Source: Eledone cirrhosa (Eukaryota). From it: 64,000 nucleotides of DNA. The notes under the pieces are model-generated. The model searched no databases and had not been told where the DNA came from. It saw nothing but the letters and a program-made list of their open reading frames with translations. Shown piece by piece: positions 27,190-39,712 of this stretch. The stretch covers positions 330,956,001 through 331,020,000 of the forward strand of contig OZ024741.1 in the NCBI GenBank assembly GCA_964016885.1. The letters are read 5' to 3'. A program made the translations under genes and the position numbers. Within the stretch, counting starts at the first letter, position 1; every line of letters begins with the position of its first letter.

Positions 27190-27543
27190 TGTGGTAGTTT
27201 ATCATTGAAATAATTCTTTCCCAGCCAGATCTATGAAAGAAGAGAAACACTTCCAATATCATGCGTAAAACATTAACAACAAACATGAACCAACAAAACT
27301 CCAGGAATAACACAGAGAGAGGAAGAAAAGGAGGTGGAAAGAGAAAGAAAAGAGAAATGAGAGAACAAAAATACTACATTAACATTTTTTTTATTTTCAT
27401 ATTTAGAATGGAAACAGAAAAAAAAAAACCAGTGTGAAAGTAAAGGAGCTGAAGGGAACAGATAACCAAAACAGGGGACTCTAGAATGACAGGGGTTTAA
27501 GTAAGAATAGAAAAGGAATGTGTGAAAAAAATTGTGAAAATAC

Positions 27544-27567
27544 CTCTTCTTCGTCCATAAGCACGTG
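27544..27567 (-). CDS. CPEB2/3/4: CPEB 24-nt microexon encoding (A)RAYGRRR(G), homologue of CPEB4 microexon 4 / CPEB2-4 B-region
   Basis: ttactgcag|CACGTGCTTATGGACGAAGAAGAG|gtattt; phase 1/1; lies between the ...FK-G exon and the GKSPF exon, as ARTYGRRR does in vertebrate CPEB4. Confidence 0.88.
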
Positions 27568-29721
27568 CTGCAGTAAGCCAAGTAGAAATTGGAAAACTTT
27601 AGAGATTTAACACTGCACATACACACATGCACACAGAAATCACACTATACATACACACACACACTTGTGTATGCATGTATAATGTATGAGTATAGTACAT
27701 GCGTGTGTGTAATTAATAGAAGAAAAAAAAAAGCAATATCTACAAACTGTAGACTATATATATAAAAAGAAAAGTTGAAGTCACATCACCACCATCAAAT
27801 AACAACAAAGATTACCAGTGAACACCATCATCTGTGTATGTGTGCCATGTATGTGGAAAACGGGTATGAACATTGTTCTCTGTCTACCCTATACATGGCA
27901 GACACTGTGTGTAAGAATCCAGAAGAATGGTAACGTTTTTGATATCAGCCTGACTAAAACCACCCATTTTAAAGAGTTCCTATTTAAATTAAAATCTTCC
28001 AACATAAATTTATACAACAACCATATGTTAAATTATTATCTTGGTAATGAAATAACGTTAGTAAATGCCACTAAATTCTTTCTTAATTAATTGAAATAAA
28101 GTGTATTTCACTAGAAATATGGCAAGGAAGGGTTAAGTATTTTCCCACTGTTGACATCCATTTGAAATTGACAGATTCTTCAAGACGATTTCTAGCCTTG
28201 AAAGGACACCAACCAAAACTTACACATGTCAACAACTTAAAAACTAAATTGGAGATGGGAAGAAAGTAACCAGTTGTACAATTTGAACCCACTTTCTCTG
28301 CAATTACCAGCAAATGTTAACATGTTATGGCTATCACTTTTGCGATATTTAAACATTGTTAACAATAGCACCAGTTACACTTAACCATTCAATTCTCCTA
28401 GTTACTTTTATAAAACTACTAACACCTTACTTTCTTATTGAGTTAGTATCTTCACTTAAACATAGTATACTGCAGATACAAGCAGACACACAGAAACGAA
28501 GAGAAATATTTGGGTGAACTAAACAGATACAAAATCTGTATGTATTAAATCTACTACTTCACTTTCTTCCCTCACAAGTCTATTTTAATGTATTCACGTC
28601 TGTAAGATGAATCATTTGTGCTAAATTTGTCTAAAATTGGAAAAAAAAAAGAAAAAAAACCTATCCTTATTTTAAAACTGTCTCTGATAAAACTGTGAAA
28701 TGTAAAATTAACAGCTCACATCCTGGTTGTATTGATTGGGATCCCAGTCCTATCATGTAACAGCTTACACCTGTACAGGTTAAACAGGCCTCCTACCAGG
28801 TTGTATCTCATAGGAGGTTTCTTGGATGTTTTAATAATATGGGTCCCAGTCCTATAATGGAAAGCAACATGAAATGAAGCATCTTGCTGAAGAACATAAC
28901 AAACCACCTGGTCCAAGAATCAAACCCATGACTTTATGATTGTGAGTCCAACAATCCAACTAATAGGTCACATGCCTTCATTTGTTTTTTAAAAAACTGA
29001 AGGAAAAATAATGATTTTTTCCTGAGAAAACAAGAAATTAATTAAAGTTAATAAATAATTGATATTAATCAGTGTTTTCAAAATGACTAAGAAAAAATGA
29101 AAATAGGCTTTAGTTGACGATACTACACTGATGAGACATAATATGACTAAAACATGCCTGTGTAGTGGTCAACTAGCCAGCTGACAAAGATATAAATTTT
29201 CTTTAAAATTGTGTGTATTTAGATTCGCAGCATGACGAACCCAAAATACAAAAATATCAGTTTCACATCAAGAATCTTGCCAAACAATTACAAATTTGTA
29301 TATATATACTAGTAGCAGTACCTAGCATTGCTCAGGTGCCAAATATGAAGAAAATTAGCTCACAATTTATACAGTTCTTTACATATATACTTTACATACT
29401 ATTTTGAGGCAAACACTTCCAAAGCTGCCTCTGGCCCAATGGAACAAAACCACCCATTTTAACGAGTTCCTAAGTAAATTAAAATCTTCCACCAGAATGT
29501 TATATAAGAACCATGTTACGTTGCAAATGCCATCTTAATAACGAAATAATTTTAGTAAATCCTTCCATATTCTTCATGAATTAATTTAAATACAGAATAT
29601 TTTATTTGAAATATGGTAATGAAGGGATTAACAGTCTTGTTGATACACAGAGAAAGACTTACACGAATATATACAAATTCACAGGCATCTAAACACACAT
29701 TTATATATATCTATATATGCA

Positions 29722-32700
29722 CAAGACGTAAATAGAGTGAACGACAGAATAATTAAAATACGACTTGTCCTCAATAGAACTACGGTGACAGTAATATCTG
29801 CGTACGCACCCCAATCCGGACTGCCCGGCACTATAAAAGACAGATTCTATGAGACACTGTTGCTAACTACCTCCCAAATATCTGACAGTGACTATATAAT
29901 TATTGCAGGCGACCTAAATGGTCACGTTGGACAACATTGTGACGGCTACGACGAAATCCATGGAGGCTATGGGTTTGGTACTAGAAATGAGGAAGGCTCC
30001 AGAATCCTGGAATTCTGTGATGCAAATAACCTAACTATCTGTAACACTAACTTCAAAAAACGTGACAATCACTTGATCACCTACAGATCAGGGGAACATA
30101 CCAGCCAGGTAGATTATATCCTTACCAGAAGACGTGACAGAGTGTCTGTTGTAAACACTAAATCCCTCCCCCATGAAGAATGCACCTCCCAACATAGACT
30201 GATAATTAGCGACCTCATAGTCAGGACGAGACGTACTCGACAGCAGAAGAGGACTATCCTCAGGAGGAAAATATGGAAGCTAAAGGACCCCACTGCCAGA
30301 AATAAATTTCAAAGCATATTACTTGATGCTTTCGACAGTAAGGAAGAGCATCTAGAATCGGACAATATAGAGGGACAGTGGGAATTTCTGAAAGCAAACC
30401 TGCTGTTGGCGACAGACGAAGTCTGTGGCTGGAGCAGGCCTGTAGGCAGGAGGAGAGTAACATGGTGGTGGAACAGTAAGGTGGAGGGGTCAATTAAGGC
30501 CAAAAAGCAGGCTTGGAAAGTATGGCGGGATGGGGGAAGTAGAGTAGACTATCAAGTGGCCAGGAGGGAAGCTAGGAGAGAAGTGTACTTAGCAAGAAGG
30601 GAAGCTGAGGAAAGAAAGTTCAAGCATGTTCTACAACGCGATGACCAAAAACGTGAGGTGTTCAGGATTGCTAGGCAATGCGTCAAGGAAAACCGTGATA
30701 TTGTCGGGGAGAAGTGTGTACTTAACGATGATGGCATACTTGCCATCACCGACACTGATAAGAAGGTAGCTTGGAAGTGTCACTATGAAAGGCTACTAAA
30801 TGAGGAGAATAAATGGGAGAAAGACAGTCTCCCCCATATCGACCCAATAGAGGGACCAGCAGTGTTAGTCGAGGGGAGTATAATAAGTAAGGCAATCAAG
30901 GATATGAAGACAGGTAAGGCGGCTGGGCCTTCGGAAATAGTTGCTGAGATGCTGAAGGCATCTGGCACGGTGGGACACACCATGGTCACCCGCATAGTTA
31001 ACCAAGTCGTACAGAATGGGGTTGTTCCGAAGGACTGGCATAGCAGCATCATCGTTAACTGTTATAAGGGTAAAGGAGACGCCCTAGATAGGAGTAACTA
31101 TAGAGGCATTAAATTAATCGACCAGGTCATGAAGGTCACGGAAAAAGTAATAGCGCAACTAATCAGAGAGAGAATTGACCTAGATGAAATGCAGTTCGGG
31201 TTTGTGTCAGGCAAAAGCACCACAGACGCTCTTTTCATAGTACGATAACTACAGGAGAAGTACCTAGCTAAAGGTAAACCCCTCTACTTAGCTTTTGTTG
31301 ACCTGGAGAAAGCCTTCGACAGAGTCCCCCGCTCCATTATCTGGTGGGCTCTTAGAAAACTAGGCGTTGACGAATGGCTTGTGAGGGCTATACAAGCCAT
31401 GTATAAAGAAACAGTCAGCAAGGTTAGAATTAACAACGAATATAGTGAAGAGTTTAGCGTAAAAGTTGGCGTCCATCAGGGCTCTGTTCTCAGCCCCCTA
31501 CTATTTATTATTGCCCTTCAGGCTATAACAGAGGAGTTCAAGACAGGCTGCCCATGGGAACTCCTATACGCAGACGACCTGACACTCATAGCGGAATCAA
31601 TGGCCGAGCTAGAGAAGAAATTCCAAACATGGAAGCACGGCCTAGAGTCAAAAGGACTTAAAATTAACCTGGCTAAGACCAAAGTTCTAGTTTCTAGGAA
31701 AGAAAACAAGGCGGCGGTCCCTTCTGGGAAATGGTCGTGCTCGGTGTGTAGGAAAGGCGTAGGTAGAAACTCCATTTTATGTCCTAAATGCAAAGTATGG
31801 GTGCATAAAAGATGTAGTGGGATCACAGGTAAGCTAACTAAGAACATAGATTTTACATGTGGCCGGTGTTCTGGTGCAATAAGTAGCAGCAAGTGCCCAC
31901 AAAATACTAGCTCTTTCAATTGCGCAGAGGGTTCTATAGAAATAGTGGACAGCTTCCGTTACCTGGGCGACAAGATCAGCAGTGGGGGAGGGTGCTCTGA
32001 AAGTACTGTAGCTAGAGTCAGAACTGGTTGGAAAAAGTTCAGAGAGCTTATACCACTATTAGCTGCTAAAGGGTTCTCCCTAAAAATGAAAGGCAGGTTG
32101 TACGATGCCTGCATACGAACAGCAATGCTACATGGCAGTGAGACCTGGGCATTGTGTGCAGAGGATATACGCAGACTAGAGAGGAACGAAGCTTGCATGC
32201 TCCGCTGGATGTGTAACAGTAATATACGTGAACGGCAAAGCATAAACGAACTAAGGAAAAAATTAGAGATAAGAGGGATCAGATGTTGTTTACTCGAGAG
32301 AAGGCTACGTTGGTATGGACACGTGATGCGCATGAAAGTCGATAGCTGTATAACAAAGTGCAGGGCAATAAAGATAGACGGTAGCCACGGAATAGGCAGA
32401 CCTAGAAAAACCTGGGATGAGCTGATAAACTCCGACCTCACACACTTACACCTCTCCAAGACAATGTCACTGGACCGAGACCTTTGGCGGTACTCAGTAA
32501 CAGAGAAGACCCGCCTTGCCAGTAGGCATCTCTAACAAAATACACCCCGTCCCGCCACCACCCCCACCCCATCCACACCACCCGTTCTATGTAAAGTTAT
32601 GTTGGTGCCGCGCCATCCAGGCCGAAACAAATGAGATCGTGTAGGTGTCACGACAAAAAAACACACAGTCCACGCTGTAATGTGGCCGTGTAGGCAACAC

Positions 32701-32894
32701 GGTAAAAACCTCCCAGACCCACACTGTAAATGTGGTTGGTGTTAGGAAGGGCATCCAACTGTAGAAAACCTGCCAGACAGTCCTATGCGAGCAAGACAAT
32801 CACTCTTGCCTCAAGTGGGACTACCCCCGTCCAAACCCATGCAAGCGTGGAACACGGACGTTAAACGTTGATGATGATGATGATGATGATGATG
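29722..32894 (+). mobile_element. Young, 5'-truncated RTE-clade LINE (APE endonuclease, RT and PHD-finger insert, (GAT)n tail), antisense in the CPEB intron
   Basis: ORFs 29737-31248 and 31381-32535 are one frame broken by a single TAA (VR*LQEK); APE motifs YAPQ, GDLNGHVG, SQVDYIL, SQHR; RT motifs FVDLEKAFD, GVHQGSVLSPLLF, YADD; RLRWYGHV and GRPRKTW; 3' UTR ends in (GAT)n. Confidence 0.95.
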
Positions 32895-34224
32895 TAATGC
32901 ATATATATTAATCTATATAAGCACCAGCACATATTGTATATATATTAATCTATAAACACGGAAACCTGTAATGTGTATCTATGAATCTATATACACCCCA
33001 AAAATATGTATATATGAATCTATGAATGAACAAAACAAGGGAGACAACCGCTACATGTATATGAATCTATATACGCATAAATTTGTAATGTGTATATATA
33101 TCTATGCACAAACCTGTAATGTCTTCATATGAATCTATGAATGCACAAACTTATAAGGTATATATATGAATCTATCTATTCATGCACGAACCTGTAGTGT
33201 GTATATATAGATTCATACAGATGCCAACACAGTGTGTGTGAATCCAGTTTAGAATAGGTAAATAGTATCCGTGTGTGTCATATAAGGTGACTAAAAGAAG
33301 CGGCACCAGGAAAGCTATCTGGTTGCAAAAGACTGCCTAAAAAATGACAAGTATGAAGTCTGTCATGGGTCCCACAAGGCTAGCTCCTGCTTTAGGAGGG
33401 AAAATGGCTTCAAAATGCTTGTTGTGTTCTTGTGTACACACACACACACAGGTACAAACATGTTATGTATTTGTATAAATTTATACAGAAAAAGACATAG
33501 AATCCATATGTAAACACTGTTTTAAAGTATTTATATTTATCTAAAATACTTCCATCATTATTTTATGTAGGATCCTGTGTAAAGTTATGCTCCAAACACT
33601 AGCTTAATAAGAACCTTATATTACAAATTCTTGATTATTTTTTAACTGATTTGAAAGTCACTAATAACGTCTTTCATTAGAAACATGGTAATGAAAGGGT
33701 TACAGGGAAAACAGTTCAATTAAGATGAGAAAACATAATAAACTGTAGTCAAAATAACCTTATCTATTTATTTCTCATGAACATTTTTATTGGCAAGGAC
33801 AAAATGGTTTCTGAGCAATAACATGGGTGTCTAATGAAGAGGGGGTGCAGATGTTAAAGGGAGCCAGTAAGGTGGGAGAAAGAAACCAGTAGGGACCCGG
33901 ATCTGGAGGAAGGTCCTTAAGCCAGCCATGTGTGCGTGTGTGTGAATGTTTGGGGATGGGGGCAGAAATCAAAGTAACCATTAACAAAGAAAAGAGATCA
34001 AATAAGAACACACACAGACTTACACAGACTCACAAATATCAATATATATACACATTCAACATACATACAAATATGTATACACATACACATCTTTATCCAT
34101 GTGTTACTCAAGAAACATGATATATTTTCTCAATGGTAACACCTTGTACATTATAGTTGTATGCAGGTGTGTGTGTGTATATATACACACACAAACACAC
34201 CTGCATACAAATGTATGTATGTGT

Positions 34225-34881
34225 ATCATCATCATCATCAACGTTTAACGTCCGTGTTCCACGCTTGCATGGGTTTGGACGGGGGCTTTCCCACTTGAAG
34301 CAAGAGTGATTGTCTTGCTCGCATAGGACTGTCTGGCAGGTTTTCTACAGTTGGATGCCCTTCCTAACACCAACCACATTTACAGTGTGGGTCTGGGAGG
34401 TTTTTACCGTGTTGCCTACACGGCCACATTACAGCGTGGACTGTGTGTTTTTTTGTCGTGACACCTACACGATCTCATTTGTTTCGGCCTGGATGGTGTG
34501 GCACCAACATAACTTTACATAGGAGGGGGTGGTGTGGATGGGGTGGGGGTGGTGGGACGGGGGTGTATTTTGTTAGAGATGCCTACTGACTGTAGTAGGC
34601 TTTACTTTGTATTTAGGTAAGGCGGGTCTTCCCTATTACTGAGTACCGCCAAAGGTCTCGGTCCAGTGACATTGTCTTGGTGAGGTGTAAGTGTGTGAGG
34701 TCGGAGTTTATCAGCTCGTCCCAGGTTTTTCTGAGTCTGCCTACTCCGTAGCTACCGTCTATCTTTATTGCCCTGCACTTTGTTATACAGCTATCGTCCT
34801 TCATGCGCATCACGTGACCATACCAACGTAGCCTTCTCTCTAGTAAACAACATCTGATCCCTCTTATATCTAATTTTTTCC
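34225..34881 (-). mobile_element. RTE LINE 3' fragment (same family as 29722-32894), inverted
   Basis: Near-identical 3' UTR and C-terminal peptide (RGIRCCLLERRLRWYGHV); (ATC)n at left end. Confidence 0.93.
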
Positions 34882-34884
34882 GTG

Positions 34885-34915
<31 letters not shown>

Positions 34916-35599
34916 TTACATATAAATGTTTTTACCATCTTCTAGTAAGTTCATTGCTTGCCTTCCTTCTTTTCTTATTCCTTTTATATCTATATGCCTA
35001 CACAAGGTCTTGGATATGTTTGTCTAGGTAATATTAACTGATGTGTACACTTTGACCAGTTCTTTTCACTACTAACTTGTCATTGAGTGATTACTAGATA
35101 ATATGATTAATATTATTGTGTATTGATCAAAAGTATTCCTATGTCATCATCATCATCATCATCATTGTTTAACATTTATTTTCCATGCTAGCATGTATTA
35201 GATGGGTTATTCTATTTGAGGCATGTCAGGCTTTTTGTTGTGATATCAACACGACTACTTTACAGTGTGGGCTGGGCACTTTTTGTTGTTTCACTAAAAT
35301 GACCACATTAGTGTGGACTGGAGAGGGTTGTGTAAAGGAAGAGATAATTAATACATGGGTGGAGTATTAAGGCATGGGAGGTGTATGGAAGGGAGGAAGG
35401 ATAGGGATTAAATGGGGCATACTAAATGTATGCTTCTAACCATGCACATGGGAAGGCGGGTCTTTTGTATTACTCTGTGTCATTGCCTTTGAGAGGTGCA
35501 ATTGTGCAAGGTCAATTTTTATCACCTTATCCCAGATCTTCCTACTCCATAGCTTCTTAGATCGGCCAGCACCTTTTTATACAGCTGTGTGTGTGTATA

Positions 35600-37090
35600 T
35601 ACACATGGGCTCATAGAAAACTAGTAGATGAATGACTTGTGATAGCTATACAAGCCAAATATAGAGGAACAGTCAGCAAGGTTAGAATTAACAATGAATA
35701 TAGTGAAGAATTTAGTGTAATAGTAGGGGTTCACCAGGGCTCCGTCCTGAGCCCCTCCTGTTTATGATTGTCATACAGGCTATAACAGAAGGGTTTAAGA
35801 CTGGTTGCCCATGGGAACTTCTATATGCAGATGCTCTAACTCTCATAGCTAAATCCATGACTGAACTAGAGAAGAAGTTCCAAACATGGAAGCAAGGCCT
35901 AGAATCAAAAGGCCTTAGAGTTAACTTGTCTAAGACTAAGTTCTAATATGTAGAAAGGAGAATAGGGCACAGGTGCACTCTGGGAAATGGCCATGCTCAG
36001 TGTGTAAGAAAGGAGTAGGTAGAAATTCCATTCTATGCACCAAATGCAAACTATGGCTATATAAAAGATGTAGTGGGATCACAGGTAAGCTATCTAAGAA
36101 TGTAGATTTATATGTGGCCGATGCTCAGGTGCAGTAAGTAGCAAGGACCCACTGGATGCTATCTCCTTCAACTGCCCAGATGGTTCTATAGAAATAGTAG
36201 ACACTTTCCATTATCTGGGTGACAAAATCAGCAGTGGAGGAGGGTGCTCTGAAAGTGTAGTAGCCAGAGTTAGAACTGGATGGAAAAAGTTCAGAGAGCT
36301 AATACCACTGTTGGCCACAAGGGGTTTTTCTCTAAAAGAGAAAGGCAGATTGTATGATGCTTGTATACAAACGGCAATATTACATGGTAGTGAGACCTGG
36401 GCATTGTGCTGAAGACTTGCATAGATTTAGAAAGAAATGAAACTTGCATGCTCCGATGGATGTATAATAGTAATGTGCACGAATGGCGAAGCATAAACGA
36501 ATTGAGAGAGAAACTAAGCATAAGAGGTACCAAATTTTGTGTTCTGGAGATGAGATTGCGTTGGTATGGCCATGTGATGTGTATGAAAGACGACAGCTGT
36601 ATAAAAAAGTGCAGAGCAATGAAAATTGATGGAAGCTACGGAGTGGGTAGACCAAGAAAAACCTAGGGTGAGGTGATAAAAACTGACCTTGCTCACTTAC
36701 ACTTCTCTAAGACAATGTTACTGGATCGAGATCTTTGGCGCCATACAGTTGTACTGCATTCCCTTCATACAAACCTTCAGTCAGTAGGCACCTCTTAACC
36801 CAATATACATCCCACCCTACACACCCTACCCCATTTCCGTCCACTGTGTCGGTGACACAGCAAAAAGCACTCAGTTCACACTGTAGAGTGGTCGTGTAGG
36901 AGACACGGTAAAAAGGCTCCCAGTCCACACTGTAAAAGTGGTTGTTGTTAGGAAGGGCATCCAGCCATAGAAAACCTGCCAGAGACACTTCCGTACGAGC
37001 GAGAAATGGTCTCCCGACCAATCCTGCATCAAATGGAACAAAACCGTCTAACTCATGCTAGCGTGGAAGATGGACGTTAAACAATGAAGG
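35600..37090 (+). mobile_element. Older degenerate RTE LINE (RT, PHD, 3' UTR)
   Basis: QAITEGFKTGCPWELLYADA, CSVCKKGVGRNSILCTKC and RLRWYGHV with stops and frameshifts. Confidence 0.9.
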
Positions 37091-37856
37091 AGCGCGGGAC
37101 TGCGTACGGTTTATAATTTTTTATCCCATTAGTAAAATAAGTTGCATTACTTTGAATAAATAATGAATGAATATTACATAATTTATCTACTAAATTTCAT
37201 GGCTGTTGATTAAATATATTTTGTTTATTTAAAGATTCACTTCTTTAAAATTTCTGAAATGTCAACACTTCCAGTTGGCCATCGCTTAAATAAACATACT
37301 AATTTTCTCCTAAATCAGTTTATATATAATATCTTTTTTAATGTATCATGGATTGCGTTACTGATTAAATAAGACAGTGTAACGCAGTCTTCGTTCAATT
37401 TCTATGTATTATATATTGTCAATTACGATTTTATTTGATGTATATAAGGTTAACGTATGTTGATGCCCTACGGACAGACACTGGTCTGTTGGAGATGCAG
37501 GATATGGCAGTGATAATGAGGGACAGAGACCACTGGAGAGAACTCTTCCATGGATCTCGGGAATTTTACCCGCCCTAGATAGATACCTGCATATAATATC
37601 AATATGCACACTACACATGCTAGCAGAAAACCACCCTTTGGGTGGTTTTTCTGCTATTATATATAATTATTAAGGCCAGTTACTACAACAACACCATACC
37701 AGGTATGTACGTTTCGTTGGCCCTGAGGACCAACTTGTTTAACTTGTACTGATGAATATGAACTGGACTTGAGTTGCTCTATATCTCTATATCTTGGATT
37801 TTTTACCTACCTACTACTATATATATAAAAAATATGTTATTACATCAACATATATG

Positions 37857-37913
37857 GAACTGATGACCTAGGGGAACCTTATATCCTCCTAGTAAAACAC
37901 GTGTTTTCAGATA
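37857..37913 (+). ncRNA. Degenerate minimal hammerhead motif within a Penelope-type inverted-repeat remnant (37805-37990)
   Basis: gaa CTGATGA c ctagggga..tcctcctag t AAAA(for GAAA) cacgtgtt ttc; flanked by inverted aaaatat..attacatcaaca / tgttgatgtaat..atatttt. Confidence 0.4.
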
Positions 37914-38189
37914 ATGTATTGTTGATGTAATGAAATATTTTATATAACACAATTGATCCCCTGGATTGAGTTCTTTGTCTAATATTTAATATGAAATTCA
38001 ACTATACTATATTTAACGTCCACTTTCCTTGCTAACAAGGGTTGGACGGGTCTACATAGACCATGTAGGTTCTGAAGTGGAGTTACTGACTTCCCAGATG
38101 CCAAGGGGTCTGCATCCTGCTTATTTACAGCCATACATTCTATCAAGTGCAGAGTAGAAGTTGTGCCTTTAATTGTTATTCAACAAATA

Positions 38190-38626
38190 TCATCATCACC
38201 GTTTTACGTCCGTTCTTCCACGCTAGCATGGGTTAGACGGGTTGTCTTGTTGTGGGCAGTGTCTGGTCGGCTGACCATGCCTTGCTCATACAGGAACTGA
38301 TCTGGCTTGATTTCTACAGCTGGATGCCCTTCCTAACACGAACCTCATTTACAGTGAGTGCTGGGTGCTTTTTCGTGGCGCCTACACGTCTACTTTACAG
38401 TGTGGGCTGGGTGCTTTTTTGCCGTGGCACCTCCACGACCACCTTGCGGTGGGGGGTGTGGGGGCATATTGTTTATATGCTTCAGCTTGTACCCATGGGA
38501 GGTCGAGTACTCTGTATTACTGCGTGACGCCAGAAGTCACGGTCGTGTGTCATTGTCTTTGAGAGGTGTAATTGGGTAAGGTCGGCTTTTATCACCTCAT
38601 CCCAGGTCATCTTGGGTCTCCCCACT
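38190..38626 (-). mobile_element. RTE LINE 3' fragment (subfamily 2), inverted partner of 46300-46765
   Basis: Near-identical reverse complement of 46350-46755 (ORFs 38252 + and 46397 - share MGSVWSADHALLIQELIWLDFYSWMPFLT). Confidence 0.92.
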
Positions 38627-39667
38627 TGCAGTAAATCTTTAGAAGCTATGTAAGGTAATTACGATATGTTTGCTGATGTATATATAAATGATGATATTTG
38701 AAGACTTGCATGCATGTGAAAATATAGGAATATTTTAAATGTAATTGCTGAAGCATAATGGATAACAATATAGCTACAATCAAACATCAGACAAATGTCC
38801 TTATCAGATAATCCTTGAAAATCAGCAGCTAAAAACTCACACAACATACAAAAAAAAAAGAAAAACACAAAATGAAAATTCTCCAACTTCCATCTAGACT
38901 CTGATTTTGGCACTTTCTTTCCATACACACACACAGAAACAACATAGATAACTAAAAATTCAAAATCACAAACATACACAATGACACAGGGTAGAGAGTG
39001 AGTGGACTCTTCAGTCCTGTCCAACAAACAATAAAATACATCCAGTCAATGCTGTAAAGTGGTTGGTGATAGGAAAGGTATCCAACCTGAAAAACTCAGC
39101 CAAAAATTATGGAAAGCACAACCTGTAGCATTCACACTAATTGTGTATCTAGGACTAACACTAATCATGTTATTAATGTTGCATCTAGTAGTGAGGTGGT
39201 TAACCTGGCCATGTGTAAGAACTCCTCAATACAGAGGTGGTGTGAGGCTGTGCTGGAAAAGACTCATCCATGATGATACACCTGAAACAGCTGCTAGAAA
39301 AAGCAGCCAAATCTCCCTCAAATTACACAAATATGTCTTAGAAAACGGCATATTGGATGTGGTCCTAGACTCCCTGTACACATGAAATACATAGGACAGT
39401 CATGGCTGGAATACTTTTGACTAAGTCTAAAATTTGTGTCACGCCTCGAGGCTCATCAGGTCAACAAACTGAAGTAACATCATACAGAAGACCCTTCACA
39501 CTCCTATGCACACCTTCAAAAATTCTAGAAAGGTTGACCCTTGATATCACAAAATAGATTCAGACAACTACATTTAACAATCATATTACTCACAAACCTA
39601 ACAGTTCAAAGCAAGAAAGTTATAACAATACATGATTTACATTTAAATAAGAAGACACCACCACCAC

Positions 39668-39712
<45 letters not shown>

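Noticed and set aside
31381-32535. Separate second LINE ORF
   Set aside because: Same frame as ORF 29737-31248; one ORF interrupted by a single stop.
37450-37580. GC-richer island that looked like an exon
   Set aside because: Reads on + as YVDALRTDTGL..MRDRDHWREL, a LINE C-terminal remnant.
38659-38828. Possible extra CPEB exon (acceptor tttttag|ctgctg, in-frame AADFQGLSDKDI)
   Set aside because: Good acceptor but no credible donor and no similarity to the vertebrate 17-aa C-region; that exon was not found anywhere by eye.
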